50,354 nt of DNA, taken from contig CANQWB010000005.1 of assembly GCA_947627435.1 (NCBI GenBank), positions 1 to 50,354 on the forward strand, read 5' to 3'. The translations under genes were made by a program, and so were the position numbers. Every line of letters begins with the position of its first letter. The stretch's first letter is position 1. Below the pieces are notes generated by a model, which saw only the letters and a list, made by a program, of their open reading frames with translations, was not told where the DNA came from and searched no databases. Positions 1 to 7,628 of the stretch are shown here, in pieces. Origin of the DNA: an uncultured Bacilli bacterium. GTDB lineage: Bacteria > Bacillota_I > Bacilli_A > RF39 > UBA660.

Positions 1-40
1 GTTCTTGTTTTAATTCTAATGTTTCGGATTCTACATACAT
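1..40 (-). CDS. 5' end of an unidentified leftward gene running off the window edge (MYVESETLELKQE...)
   Basis: ATG at 40..38 (minus) is preceded by GGTGA (51..47) with a 6-nt spacer. The frame stays open to the window edge. Only 13 codons are visible. Confidence 0.3.
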   Translation of the reverse strand, partial: MYVESETLELKQE

Positions 41-57
41 AAATTATCACCAATATT

Positions 58-86
58 AGTATAAACAATTATAATAAATTTATCAA
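58..86 (-). promoter_or_regulatory. Candidate sigma-A promoter for the leftward edge gene
   Basis: On the minus strand: TTGATA (86..81), 17-nt spacer, TATACT (63..58). An alternative -10 TATAAT lies at 73..68, which would place the -35 inside the 11-bp repeats. Confidence 0.4.
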
Positions 87-88
87 TA

Positions 89-121
89 TTTTCGGTCACT
101 TTTCGGTCACTTTTCGGTCAC
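89..121. repeat. Three perfect head-to-tail copies of an 11-bp unit (TTTTCGGTCAC; GTGACCGAAAA on the minus strand)
   Basis: Read directly: 89..99, 100..110 and 111..121 are identical. The array abuts or overlaps the -35 of the leftward promoter. Confidence 0.95.
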
Positions 122-197
122 TATATTTTTTAAAATCAAATTATAGAAAATTATTTTATCAATTTATTCGGCAATTTTTTGGCAACCTTTCAGCAAC

Positions 198-221
198 AAA
201 AAAACGAACCATAATGGTTCG
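198..221 (-). terminator. Orphan intrinsic terminator (minus strand)
   Basis: Stem CGAACC/GGTTCG (205..210 / 216..221) with loop ATAAT. An A7 run at 198..204 becomes a U7 tail on the minus strand. No credible ORF lies upstream of it. Confidence 0.5.
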
Positions 222-336
222 AAAGAAATATATTTGAATATTCGAAAAGTTCGAATAAAATTCCCAACTGGAATAGTTCATGATAATTGATATTATAAAT
301 AATTTAGATAAACAAGACCAAAAGCAAGACCAAAGC

Positions 337-362
337 AAATAAAAACCCTTATAAAATAAGGG
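337..362 (-). terminator. Intrinsic terminator after tRNA-Gly
   Basis: Stem CCCTTA/TAAGGG (346..351 / 357..362). It is followed on the minus strand by a U-rich tail, the complement of AAATAAAAA at 337..345. Confidence 0.6.
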
Positions 363-374
363 TAAAATACATAA

Positions 375-448
375 TGGAGCAGATGAGGAGAATCGAACTC
401 CCGCACCGACCTTGGCAAGGTCGTATTCTACCATTAAATCACATCTGC
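375..448 (-). tRNA. tRNA-Gly (anticodon GCC)
   Basis: The reverse complement folds as a cloverleaf: acceptor GCAGATG/CATCTGC, anticodon stem CGACC/GGTCG with loop TTGCCAA, T-arm GGGAG-TTCGATT-CTCCT, discriminator U, encoded CCA. Length 74 nt. Confidence 0.93.
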
Positions 449-482
449 AAATAAAAACTGTAAATACAGTTTTATTTTTATA

Positions 483-556
483 TGGAGGATCCGACCGGAT
501 TTGAACCAGCGATCAGGGAGTTGCAGTCCCATGCCTTACCACTTGGCTACGGATCC
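483..556 (-). tRNA. tRNA-Cys (anticodon GCA)
   Basis: Reverse complement: acceptor GGATCCG/CGGATCC, anticodon loop CTGCAAC, T-loop TTCAAAT, discriminator U, encoded CCA. Length 74 nt. Confidence 0.9.
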
Positions 557-573
557 GTTTTGTGAACAAATTC

Positions 574-602
574 ATTATAACAAATAAATTTTTGATTGAC
601 AA
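574..602 (-). promoter_or_regulatory. Promoter of the tRNA-Cys/tRNA-Gly unit
   Basis: On the minus strand: TTGTCA (602..597), 17 nt, TATAAT (579..574). It sits about 18 nt upstream of the tRNA-Cys 5' end. Confidence 0.65.
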
Positions 603-676
603 TATATTTTATTCGTTATTTTTGATTTTGTGATTTAGCCGATTGTCAAATATGAAAAAATTTATACTATGAACAG

Positions 677-705
677 TTGTCTAAATTAAAAAAAATAGTT
701 ATAAT
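677..705 (+). promoter_or_regulatory. Candidate promoter of the LCP gene
   Basis: TTGTCT (677..682), 17 nt, TATAAT (700..705). Confidence 0.5.
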
Positions 706-736
706 AATAAAAGATTGAGAGAGGAGCTCATACTCG

Positions 737-2821
737 ATGATAAAATATTTTAAAAAAAATCCTAAAAAGTGTATTATTTTATCTATACTTTTTGTTATAT
801 TAACAGTAGCATCTATTTATTTAATATATGCATTATCATTATTGGTGGGTATTGAAAACCGTATTCGTTTTTTAGTTGTACTTATGATAGTGTTGTTTTG
901 GATTGGATTTACACTTGGATATATAAGATCGGGAACGCGCTTAAAGACAAAATATATATTTTATATTCCAGTTACCATTGTTTATTGTAGCGTGTTAATC
1001 ACTATGGGATTTTATATTATAAAAACTTATCAAGTAGTAGATCGGATGACAACAAATGAAAATTACTACTATAGTAGTTTTGTTGTTTTGAGTAAAAATA
1101 AAGCAGATAAGTTGGAAGAATTTGGGAATGGTTTTATCGGACTTTTAGGAGATTCTACTAGTATAGAAGGAAATCAAATTCCAAAAGAAGTAATTGCAAG
1201 TAAAAAATTGAAAAATCAAATTAAAGAATATGAAAATTATGTTACTTTGATTCAAGCTTTATATGATGGAGAAATCGAAGGCGCATTTTTACCAAGTGGA
1301 TATGTGACTTTATTTCAACGTACAGAAGGGTATGAATTTGGCAATATTGCCAGTGAAACTAAAGTTATTTTTCAAGAAAAAAGAGAAGTAAAAAATAAAT
1401 CTACCAATCAAAATGCCTCTTTAAAAGAACCATTTACAGTGTTACTTATGGGAGTAGATTCTGAATTAGAACAAATTTCTAATAGTATATTCAATGGGGA
1501 TTCTCTTATGTTAATCACATTTAATCCATCGACTTTGAATACAACATTGTTAAGTATTCCAAGAGATAGTTTCGTACCTATTGCATGCGTTTCTGGAAAT
1601 CCGAGAAGTAAAATTACACATGCTGCTTCTTACGGACAACAATGTATGATTGATACCATTCAAAACTTTACAGGAATTCATATTGATTATTATGTCAAAA
1701 TGAATTTTAAAGGAGTTGTGAAATTAGTTGATACATTGGGTGGTGTCGATGTAGATGTACCATTTGCATTCTGTGAGCAAAATAGTAATCGCCAGTGGGG
1801 TGAAAATACAGTTTATGTGGAAAAAGGATTTCAAACTTTAAATGGAGAACAAGCACTTGCCTTTGCTCGTCATAGAGAAGATTATTGGTCTTCTATGTTC
1901 TGCCCATCTAGATATGTTGGACAAGGAGTAGTGAATGATTTTGTACGTGGACAGCACCAACAATTGGTTGTTCGAGCACTTTTAAATAAAATGAAAACAG
2001 TAAGAAATATTAATACTGTATATCAACTACTAGATACCGTAAGTAACAATATGGAAACCAATATGTCAAATAGTCAAATATTCTCTTTATATAATATTGG
2101 TAAAGATATTATTGCCAAAGCATCAGGAGAAAATGTAGAAGATTTACTTGGAATTCATAAATTGTATTTGAGTGGAGCGGATGCTTATATGTATGATCCA
2201 CTTATCAGTTTAACAGTATATGAATATCTTGTTTACGAAGATAGTTTAGCAGAAGTTGTAGAAGCCATGAAACAAAATTTAGGACTTTCTGAAGTAATCA
2301 TCTCTAAAGAATTTTCATTTGATATCAATGAACCTTACGTAGAAACAATACCAGGACAGAGTGGAAAATATAGTAAATTACCAAAAGGAAATGTTCCAAG
2401 TTTTATTGGAGATACCGAAGCAGAAGCGCGTAGCTATGCGAGGAAGTATGGAATCTCTATTTCATTTGAATATACGAAAGTAGGTTCTGGAACAGTAGGT
2501 ACCGTTATTTCTCAAAATGTAAAAGCGGGAACAAGCTTGGATAAAGTAGGAACAGTGGTATTAACTGTTTTGCAAGAAGCACCATCTAAACCTAAAGAAG
2601 ATGATGATAAAGAAACTTCTACAAAACCTAAGGATGACAAAGAAACTTCCACAAAGCCAAAAGAAGATGAAGAATCCTCTACAAAACCAAAAGAAGACGA
2701 GTCTTCTGAATCTCCTAAAGATCCTACCGATGATGATGAACAAACATCTCCTAAGAATCCAGATGATGAAGATACTGAAATAGAACAAATTCCTGGTTTG
2801 GATTTAACAGAAGAAGAGTAA
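737..2821 (+). CDS. LytR-CpsA-Psr (LCP) family protein with N-terminal TM segments, a C-terminal PASTA domain and an acidic K/E/P/T-rich repeat tail
   Basis: LCP core motifs are present (LLMGVDS...GDSLMLITFNP...LLSIPRDS...LNGEQALAFARHR). A PASTA-like segment reads VPSFIGDTEAEARSYARKYGISISFEY...GTVISQNVKAGTSLDKVGTVVLTV. The tail has KETSTKPK(E/D)D repeats. GGAG lies 10 nt upstream of the ATG. Confidence 0.85.
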   Translation: MIKYFKKNPKKCIILSILFVILTVASIYLIYALSLLVGIENRIRFLVVLMIVLFWIGFTLGYIRSGTRLKTKYIFYIPVTIVYCSVLITMGFYIIKTYQVVDRMTTNENYYYSSFVVLSKNKADKLEEFGNGFIGLLGDSTSIEGNQIPKEVIASKKLKNQIKEYENYVTLIQALYDGEIEGAFLPSGYVTLFQRTEGYEFGNIASETKVIFQEKREVKNKSTNQNASLKEPFTVLLMGVDSELEQISNSIFNGDSLMLITFNPSTLNTTLLSIPRDSFVPIACVSGNPRSKITHAASYGQQCMIDTIQNFTGIHIDYYVKMNFKGVVKLVDTLGGVDVDVPFAFCEQNSNRQWGENTVYVEKGFQTLNGEQALAFARHREDYWSSMFCPSRYVGQGVVNDFVRGQHQQLVVRALLNKMKTVRNINTVYQLLDTVSNNMETNMSNSQIFSLYNIGKDIIAKASGENVEDLLGIHKLYLSGADAYMYDPLISLTVYEYLVYEDSLAEVVEAMKQNLGLSEVIISKEFSFDINEPYVETIPGQSGKYSKLPKGNVPSFIGDTEAEARSYARKYGISISFEYTKVGSGTVGTVISQNVKAGTSLDKVGTVVLTVLQEAPSKPKEDDDKETSTKPKDDKETSTKPKEDEESSTKPKEDESSESPKDPTDDDEQTSPKNPDDEDTEIEQIPGLDLTEEE

Positions 2822-2839
2822 TTTAGATTACTTTTTTTC
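2817..2839 (+). terminator. Intrinsic terminator overlapping the LCP stop codon
   Basis: Stem AGTAAT/ATTACT with loop TTAG, followed by T7. Confidence 0.6.
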
Positions 2840-2877
2840 TTTTTTGTGGTAAAATAATAATACTTGAGGTGATGCAA

Positions 2878-3627
2878 ATGGGCTTACTTTTTACATTAAT
2901 AACTGGTCTTTTTATGTTGCTAGGTATGGTAGTTGTTTTGCTATCTAAAAATAATCGTAAAATTGTTGATTTTTCTATCAGTATGGCATTTGGTGTCATT
3001 GTATCATTAATCCTAGCTGAATTGTTGCCAGAATCTTATGAAATTATGAATGAAACATTTTCTTTCCCAAGAAGTATTCTTATCTTAATCGTGTTGATTG
3101 GTTTAGGAATTATACTTTTAAAAGTATTAGATTTATTTATTCCTGATCATGATCATGATTCTCAAAAAGAAGCAAGTACTGAAAATTTAATGCATATCGG
3201 AATTGTATCTAGTGTGGCATTAATCTTACATAACATCATTGAAGGAATGGCCATCTATAGCGCAGCAACAACCGACACTGCTATGGGCTTTCTAATGACA
3301 GTTGGAGTTGGATTACATAATATTCCAATGGGAATGATTGTAACTTCTACATTGTATCAATCAAGTACTAGTAAAAAGAAAACAATTTTATTTGTATTCA
3401 TCACTGCATTTTCTACATTTGTAGGTGGTATTCTGATGTTTCTTTTAAGTAATACAATTTCTGACTTTATTTTGGGTATTTTACTTTCTATTACATTAGG
3501 TATGCTCGTTTACATTGTATTATTTGAGTTACTTGAACAAGTAATCCATAATCATCATCCAAAAATTACATTTTTTGGAATTATAACAGGTATATTTATC
3601 TTTTTCTTGACACTCTTTTTTGAATAA
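2878..3627 (+). CDS. ZIP-family divalent metal (zinc) transporter
   Basis: Polytopic membrane protein with a His-rich loop (PDHDHDSQ) and ZIP signatures (LHNIIEGMAIY, GLHNIPMGM). The start was moved to ATG 2878, 8 nt after GAGG; the ORF track opens at 2869. Confidence 0.8.
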   Translation: MGLLFTLITGLFMLLGMVVVLLSKNNRKIVDFSISMAFGVIVSLILAELLPESYEIMNETFSFPRSILILIVLIGLGIILLKVLDLFIPDHDHDSQKEASTENLMHIGIVSSVALILHNIIEGMAIYSAATTDTAMGFLMTVGVGLHNIPMGMIVTSTLYQSSTSKKKTILFVFITAFSTFVGGILMFLLSNTISDFILGILLSITLGMLVYIVLFELLEQVIHNHHPKITFFGIITGIFIFFLTLFFE

Positions 3628-3684
3628 ATTTACATTCGTTGACTTTCCCATTATTTTATAATAAAATGAACGTAAGGTGATCAT

Positions 3685-4029
3685 ATGAAAAAAGGATTTA
3701 CTTTGTTAGAATTATTGGGTGTGATTGTATTATTAGGATTGCTGGTATTGATTTCATATCCAGTTGTGATAGAACAAGTGGAAAAGAAACAAAAAGAAGT
3801 AGATAATGCACGATTAGAATTAATATATAGTGGGGCAGATACCTATATAAAAGAAAATGTAGAAGAATATCCTTATCGCATAGGAAGTCAATATTGTATA
3901 TCATTAGATACTTTAGTTAGTGACAATAAAATTGCAATTGACATTTCTGATATCACACAAAAAGGTGTGCAAGTAAATATGGGAAGTAATCATAATTATA
4001 CTTATCGATTGATTGAACAATGTAAGTAA
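3685..4029 (+). CDS. Small type IV pilin / ComGC-like pseudopilin (prepilin N-terminal cleavage/methylation motif)
   Basis: The N-terminus MKKGFTLLELLGVIVLLGLLVLI matches the class III signal (G|FTLxE plus a hydrophobic helix). 114 aa. AAGGTGA RBS. Confidence 0.8.
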   Translation: MKKGFTLLELLGVIVLLGLLVLISYPVVIEQVEKKQKEVDNARLELIYSGADTYIKENVEEYPYRIGSQYCISLDTLVSDNKIAIDISDITQKGVQVNMGSNHNYTYRLIEQCK

Positions 4030-4070
4030 GAGGGGTTTCCATTTTCAAAAAAATATGCTATAATGAAATT

Positions 4071-4236
4071 ACCAGAAAGTGGTCGATAGAAAAACCTACT
4101 AATTTATGACATTGGGAATCTAATTCGAGTTGGTGTTGAATACTTATGTTTACATAAGAATCCTAAAAACTTTGATGTGATGCCCACCTGGGAGATCAGG
4201 TTTTGTCATTGTTGCCACTTTCTGGCTTTTTTTTTT
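4071..4236 (+). ncRNA. Candidate stand-alone structured sRNA, rod-like with an internal bubble (possibly 6S RNA)
   Basis: Extended -10 TGcTATAAT lies at 4056..4064. 5' CCAGAAAGTGG (4072..4082) pairs with CCACTTTCTGG (4215..4225), followed by T10. Inner helices are AAAACCT/AGGTTTT and TGGG/CCCA, with an apical hairpin CTTATG-TTTA-CATAAG. There is no coding potential. Confidence 0.45.
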
Positions 4237-4284
4237 ATTTTTTCTATGGTATAATTTGTCTAGAATATGCAGGAGGTCTTCAGC

Positions 4285-6501
4285 ATGGCAAAAAAGAAGA
4301 AAAGAAAAGAAACAAAGAAAAAAGGGACGGGTTATCAAACAGAACTAGTTGGTGTATTATTAATTATTATTGCTGTTATTGGATTTCTTCCCAATACCGG
4401 TATTGTAGGCAATTTTATCAGTAGTTTTGCTGTATTCTTAGTTGGAACTTGGTATAATCCGCTGTTAATCGCTGTGATGTTAATTGGTGGATATATGATT
4501 GTAAAAAGAGAAAAACCAGATTTTTTTACTTCCAAATTAATTGGTTTTTATATTTTCCTAGCTGCTATTTTAATTTTTTCTCATATCAAATACCTACAAA
4601 ATGAAACATTAAAAGGTTTTGATATTGTGGTAGAGACAGTCAATAACTTTATGGCTAGCCCTAATAATCGTATGAATTTAGGTGGGGGAACTTTAGGTGC
4701 TATATTATCTGCTTTGTGTATGTGGGGATTTGACATCAATGGAACTAAGATAGTAGCATGGGCTCTTTTGATTTGTGGATTCATTTTATTTACTGGATTT
4801 TCTTTCTATGATATAGTCAAATGGTGTATCGCAAAAATGAAGCAAGGCATTCATTTTGAGAAGAAAGAAAAGAAGAGTAAACATATTAAAGAAGTAGAAG
4901 AACAGTATGAAAACGATAATAAAATTATAGTTTCTTCTGTAGATGAATTAATTCATATTAATGATGATAGAGATAGCAAAGAAGATAAAATGAAAGTCAA
5001 CGAGGAAACGGATGAAACTCTAGCAGAATCTTCCACGAATCATTATGTATATCCTCCAATGAGTTTATTATCGAAACCTCCTAAAAAGCAAAATGGTGAA
5101 AATAAAGAAATTATCAATCATAATGTGGAAGTGTTACATCAAGTGTTATTGGACTTTGGAGTGGAAGCAAAAGTAGTTGCAATTAATCCTGGACCTGCTG
5201 TAACACAATATGAAATGGAAGTACGTTCTGGGACAAAGCTCAGTAAAATTGTAAGTTTGCATAGTGAAATTGCGCTTGCTTTAGCTGCAAAAGATGTTCG
5301 TATTCAAGCACCTATTCCAGGTAAATCGACCATTGGGGTTGAAATTCCAAACAAAGTAACCACAATGGTAACAGTACGTGAAATCTTAGAAAGTGTTCCT
5401 TCGCAACTTCGAGAATCTAAATTATTAGTTGCTTTGGGACGCGATATTATGGGAAGACCACAATATTGCGAAATTAACAAAACGCCACACTTACTGGTTG
5501 CTGGTAGTACAGGAAGTGGGAAATCGGTTTGTATCAATAGTATGCTGGTATCTATCTTAATGCGTAGTAAACCAGATGAAGTAAAATTGGTACTTGTCGA
5601 TCCCAAAAAAGTAGAACTTTCTATGTATAATGGGGTACCACATTTACTTGCACCAGTTGTAACAGACCCTAAAAAAGCAAATATTGCACTGAAAAAAATT
5701 GTAGCTGAAATGGATGACCGTTATGAACGCTTTAGCCGTACAGGTACCAAGAATATAGCGGGTTATAATGCGTATATTGATCAGAAAAATGCGTCTTTAC
5801 CAGAAGAAGATAAAATGAAACATATGCCATTTATTGTAGTTGTAATCGATGAACTTGCAGATTTAATGCTGGTAGCTGCCAAAGAAGTCGAAGATTCTAT
5901 CATGCGTATTACACAAATGGCACGTGCAGCTGGAATTCACTTAATCGTCGCAACACAAAGACCTAGTACCGATGTCATTACAGGGGTAGTTAAAGCCAAT
6001 ATTCCATCACGAATTGCTTTTGCGGTTTCCAGTGGAATTGACTCTCGAACGATTTTAGATGAAGTAGGAGCTGAAAAATTATTAGGAAAAGGGGATATGT
6101 TATTTTCGCCACAAGGTGAAAATATTCCCATTCGTATTCAAGGAACCTATCTTTCTGATGAAGAAATTAAAGCAGTAGTCGATCATACTATCAAACAACA
6201 AATCGCAAAATATGATGAAACCTTACTTATGGATGAGGAAGAAATGCATGCGACTACTATGCAAGAAAGTGGTGGCCACGGTGATTATGAAGAACCTCTT
6301 TATAATGAAATTGTGGAATTTGTTGTAACACAAGGAAAAGCAAGTGCCTCTTTATTACAAAGAAGATTCCGTTTAGGATACAATCGTGCGGCAAGATGTA
6401 TTGATTTATTAGAAGAACGAGGAATTATAGGACCTAGTAATGGTTCAAAGCCAAGAGAAGTACTAGTAAAATTAGAACAAAATGGGGAAGAAGAAGACTA
6501 A
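4285..6501 (+). CDS. ftsK: DNA translocase FtsK/SpoIIIE
   Basis: N-terminal TM segments, Walker A (GSTGSGKS), a VVVIDELADL box and a C-terminal gamma/winged-helix region (LLQRRFRLGYNRAARCIDLLEERGIIGP). The start was set at ATG 4285, 8 nt after AGGAGG; the ORF track opens at 4267. Confidence 0.93.
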   Translation: MAKKKKRKETKKKGTGYQTELVGVLLIIIAVIGFLPNTGIVGNFISSFAVFLVGTWYNPLLIAVMLIGGYMIVKREKPDFFTSKLIGFYIFLAAILIFSHIKYLQNETLKGFDIVVETVNNFMASPNNRMNLGGGTLGAILSALCMWGFDINGTKIVAWALLICGFILFTGFSFYDIVKWCIAKMKQGIHFEKKEKKSKHIKEVEEQYENDNKIIVSSVDELIHINDDRDSKEDKMKVNEETDETLAESSTNHYVYPPMSLLSKPPKKQNGENKEIINHNVEVLHQVLLDFGVEAKVVAINPGPAVTQYEMEVRSGTKLSKIVSLHSEIALALAAKDVRIQAPIPGKSTIGVEIPNKVTTMVTVREILESVPSQLRESKLLVALGRDIMGRPQYCEINKTPHLLVAGSTGSGKSVCINSMLVSILMRSKPDEVKLVLVDPKKVELSMYNGVPHLLAPVVTDPKKANIALKKIVAEMDDRYERFSRTGTKNIAGYNAYIDQKNASLPEEDKMKHMPFIVVVIDELADLMLVAAKEVEDSIMRITQMARAAGIHLIVATQRPSTDVITGVVKANIPSRIAFAVSSGIDSRTILDEVGAEKLLGKGDMLFSPQGENIPIRIQGTYLSDEEIKAVVDHTIKQQIAKYDETLLMDEEEMHATTMQESGGHGDYEEPLYNEIVEFVVTQGKASASLLQRRFRLGYNRAARCIDLLEERGIIGPSNGSKPREVLVKLEQNGEEED

Positions 6502-6630
6502 AATCTTCTTTTTTTTACAAAAAATGAAAAAAAAGTATGTTTTTTTTCATTTTTGTGTTATACTAATGATGATATTATGGTAGTAAACCATATTAGGAAA
6601 GAATAAAGGAATAAAAAGGGAGATGTTTTT

Positions 6631-7626
6631 ATGAACGAAAATACAAATGAAATGGCTCAAAATTTAGATGTAAATCAAGTTCCTGTAACAGATGCGGATG
6701 ATTTTTTCTATGAAAATGATGATATCGTTGATGTAGATGATTCTATGGTTCAAGATATTGAGACTCCAACTGAAGTTACAATTCCAGAAGAAATTCAAAC
6801 TCCAACCGAAGTTACCAATCCAGAAGAAGTTCAAACTGAAAGTACAACTGAAACTAAAGCTCCTGAATCAACACCAGTACCAGAAGTACCAAACATGACC
6901 TTATCAGAACAAGATATTGATAAAATGTTAGCAGAAGAGGAAAGTGGAGATCAAAAGGATTTAGATGATAGCTATGTATTATCTAATTTTGATGTTTTAT
7001 TTGATAGTCTTTATAATGATGTTGCTGGAGCAAATAATTTCATTTCTAATTTGATTGAACAAAAGAAAACAGTGAATGTCAATGAAGCTGAGTTAAATGA
7101 ATTAAAAGAAAAGTTGGAAAAAGATAGACAAGAATTTGAAAAATATATGGATACACAAAGAAATAGTTTGGAGTTAGAAAAACAAGAAGTCAATGAATAT
7201 GTAAAAAATCAAAAAATCCGTATTCAAAACGAAGAAGAAAAATTCAATGCTGATTGTGATGCTACAAGAGCAGAAATTGCTTTAGCAGAACAAACATTAA
7301 AAATTGCGAATGAAAAATTAGATACCGAAAAAGAACAATTTGAACAATATAAGCAATTAGAAGAAGAAAAATTAAACACTGATAGAGCCAAATTACAAAC
7401 TGAGAGAGAACAATTTTCTAAAGAAAAAACCATTGCTGAAGAAAAAATTAAGAATGGTCAAAGAGAATTACAAACGCAAAAAGAACAATTTGCAAAATCC
7501 AAAGAATTAGAAGAAAAGAAATTAGAACTTGAAAGTAAAAATTTATCGCAAAGCTGTGCAAGATTTAAAGAATTAGTAGCACAATTCAATTCTGGTTTCC
7601 AACAATTACCTGAAAATAATGACTAG
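6631..7626 (+). CDS. Acidic N-terminus plus long coiled-coil protein of unknown function
   Basis: The N-terminal D/E/T/P-rich region has short repeats (ETPTEVTIPEEIQTPTEVTNPEEVQTE). The remainder is heptad-like and E/K/Q-rich. The C-terminal FKELVAQFNSGF motif is shared with the next ORF. Confidence 0.6.
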   Translation: MNENTNEMAQNLDVNQVPVTDADDFFYENDDIVDVDDSMVQDIETPTEVTIPEEIQTPTEVTNPEEVQTESTTETKAPESTPVPEVPNMTLSEQDIDKMLAEEESGDQKDLDDSYVLSNFDVLFDSLYNDVAGANNFISNLIEQKKTVNVNEAELNELKEKLEKDRQEFEKYMDTQRNSLELEKQEVNEYVKNQKIRIQNEEEKFNADCDATRAEIALAEQTLKIANEKLDTEKEQFEQYKQLEEEKLNTDRAKLQTEREQFSKEKTIAEEKIKNGQRELQTQKEQFAKSKELEEKKLELESKNLSQSCARFKELVAQFNSGFQQLPENND

Positions 7627-7628
7627 GA

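Noticed and set aside
159-434. 91-aa minus-strand ORF
   Set aside because: It runs through tRNA-Gly and two terminators, has no RBS, and has AT-rich low-complexity composition.
449-482. Hairpin AAAACTGTA..TACAGTTTT between tRNA-Cys and tRNA-Gly
   Set aside because: It could be a processing signal or a weak terminator inside the tRNA unit. It is palindromic and AT-rich, and its function cannot be decided from sequence.
2512-2877. Three overlapping ORFs (2512..2877 minus, 2561..2788 minus, 2601..2783 plus) in the LCP 3' region
   Set aside because: They are alternative-frame artefacts of the GAA/AAA/GAT-rich repeat that encodes the LCP acidic tail. None has an RBS.
4150-4424. ORFs 4150..4338 (minus) and 4203..4424 (plus)
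   Set aside because: They overlap the sRNA candidate's terminator and the ftsK start, and have no RBS. ftsK with its AGGAGG-ATG (4285) explains the region.
6517-6557. Long A/T-only inverted repeat (ACAAAAAATGAAAAAAAA-GTATG-TTTTTTTTCATTTTTGT) after ftsK
   Set aside because: It is most simply a second, bidirectional terminator-like hairpin following the GAAGA/TCTTC terminator at the ftsK stop. There are no flanking features of a mobile element.
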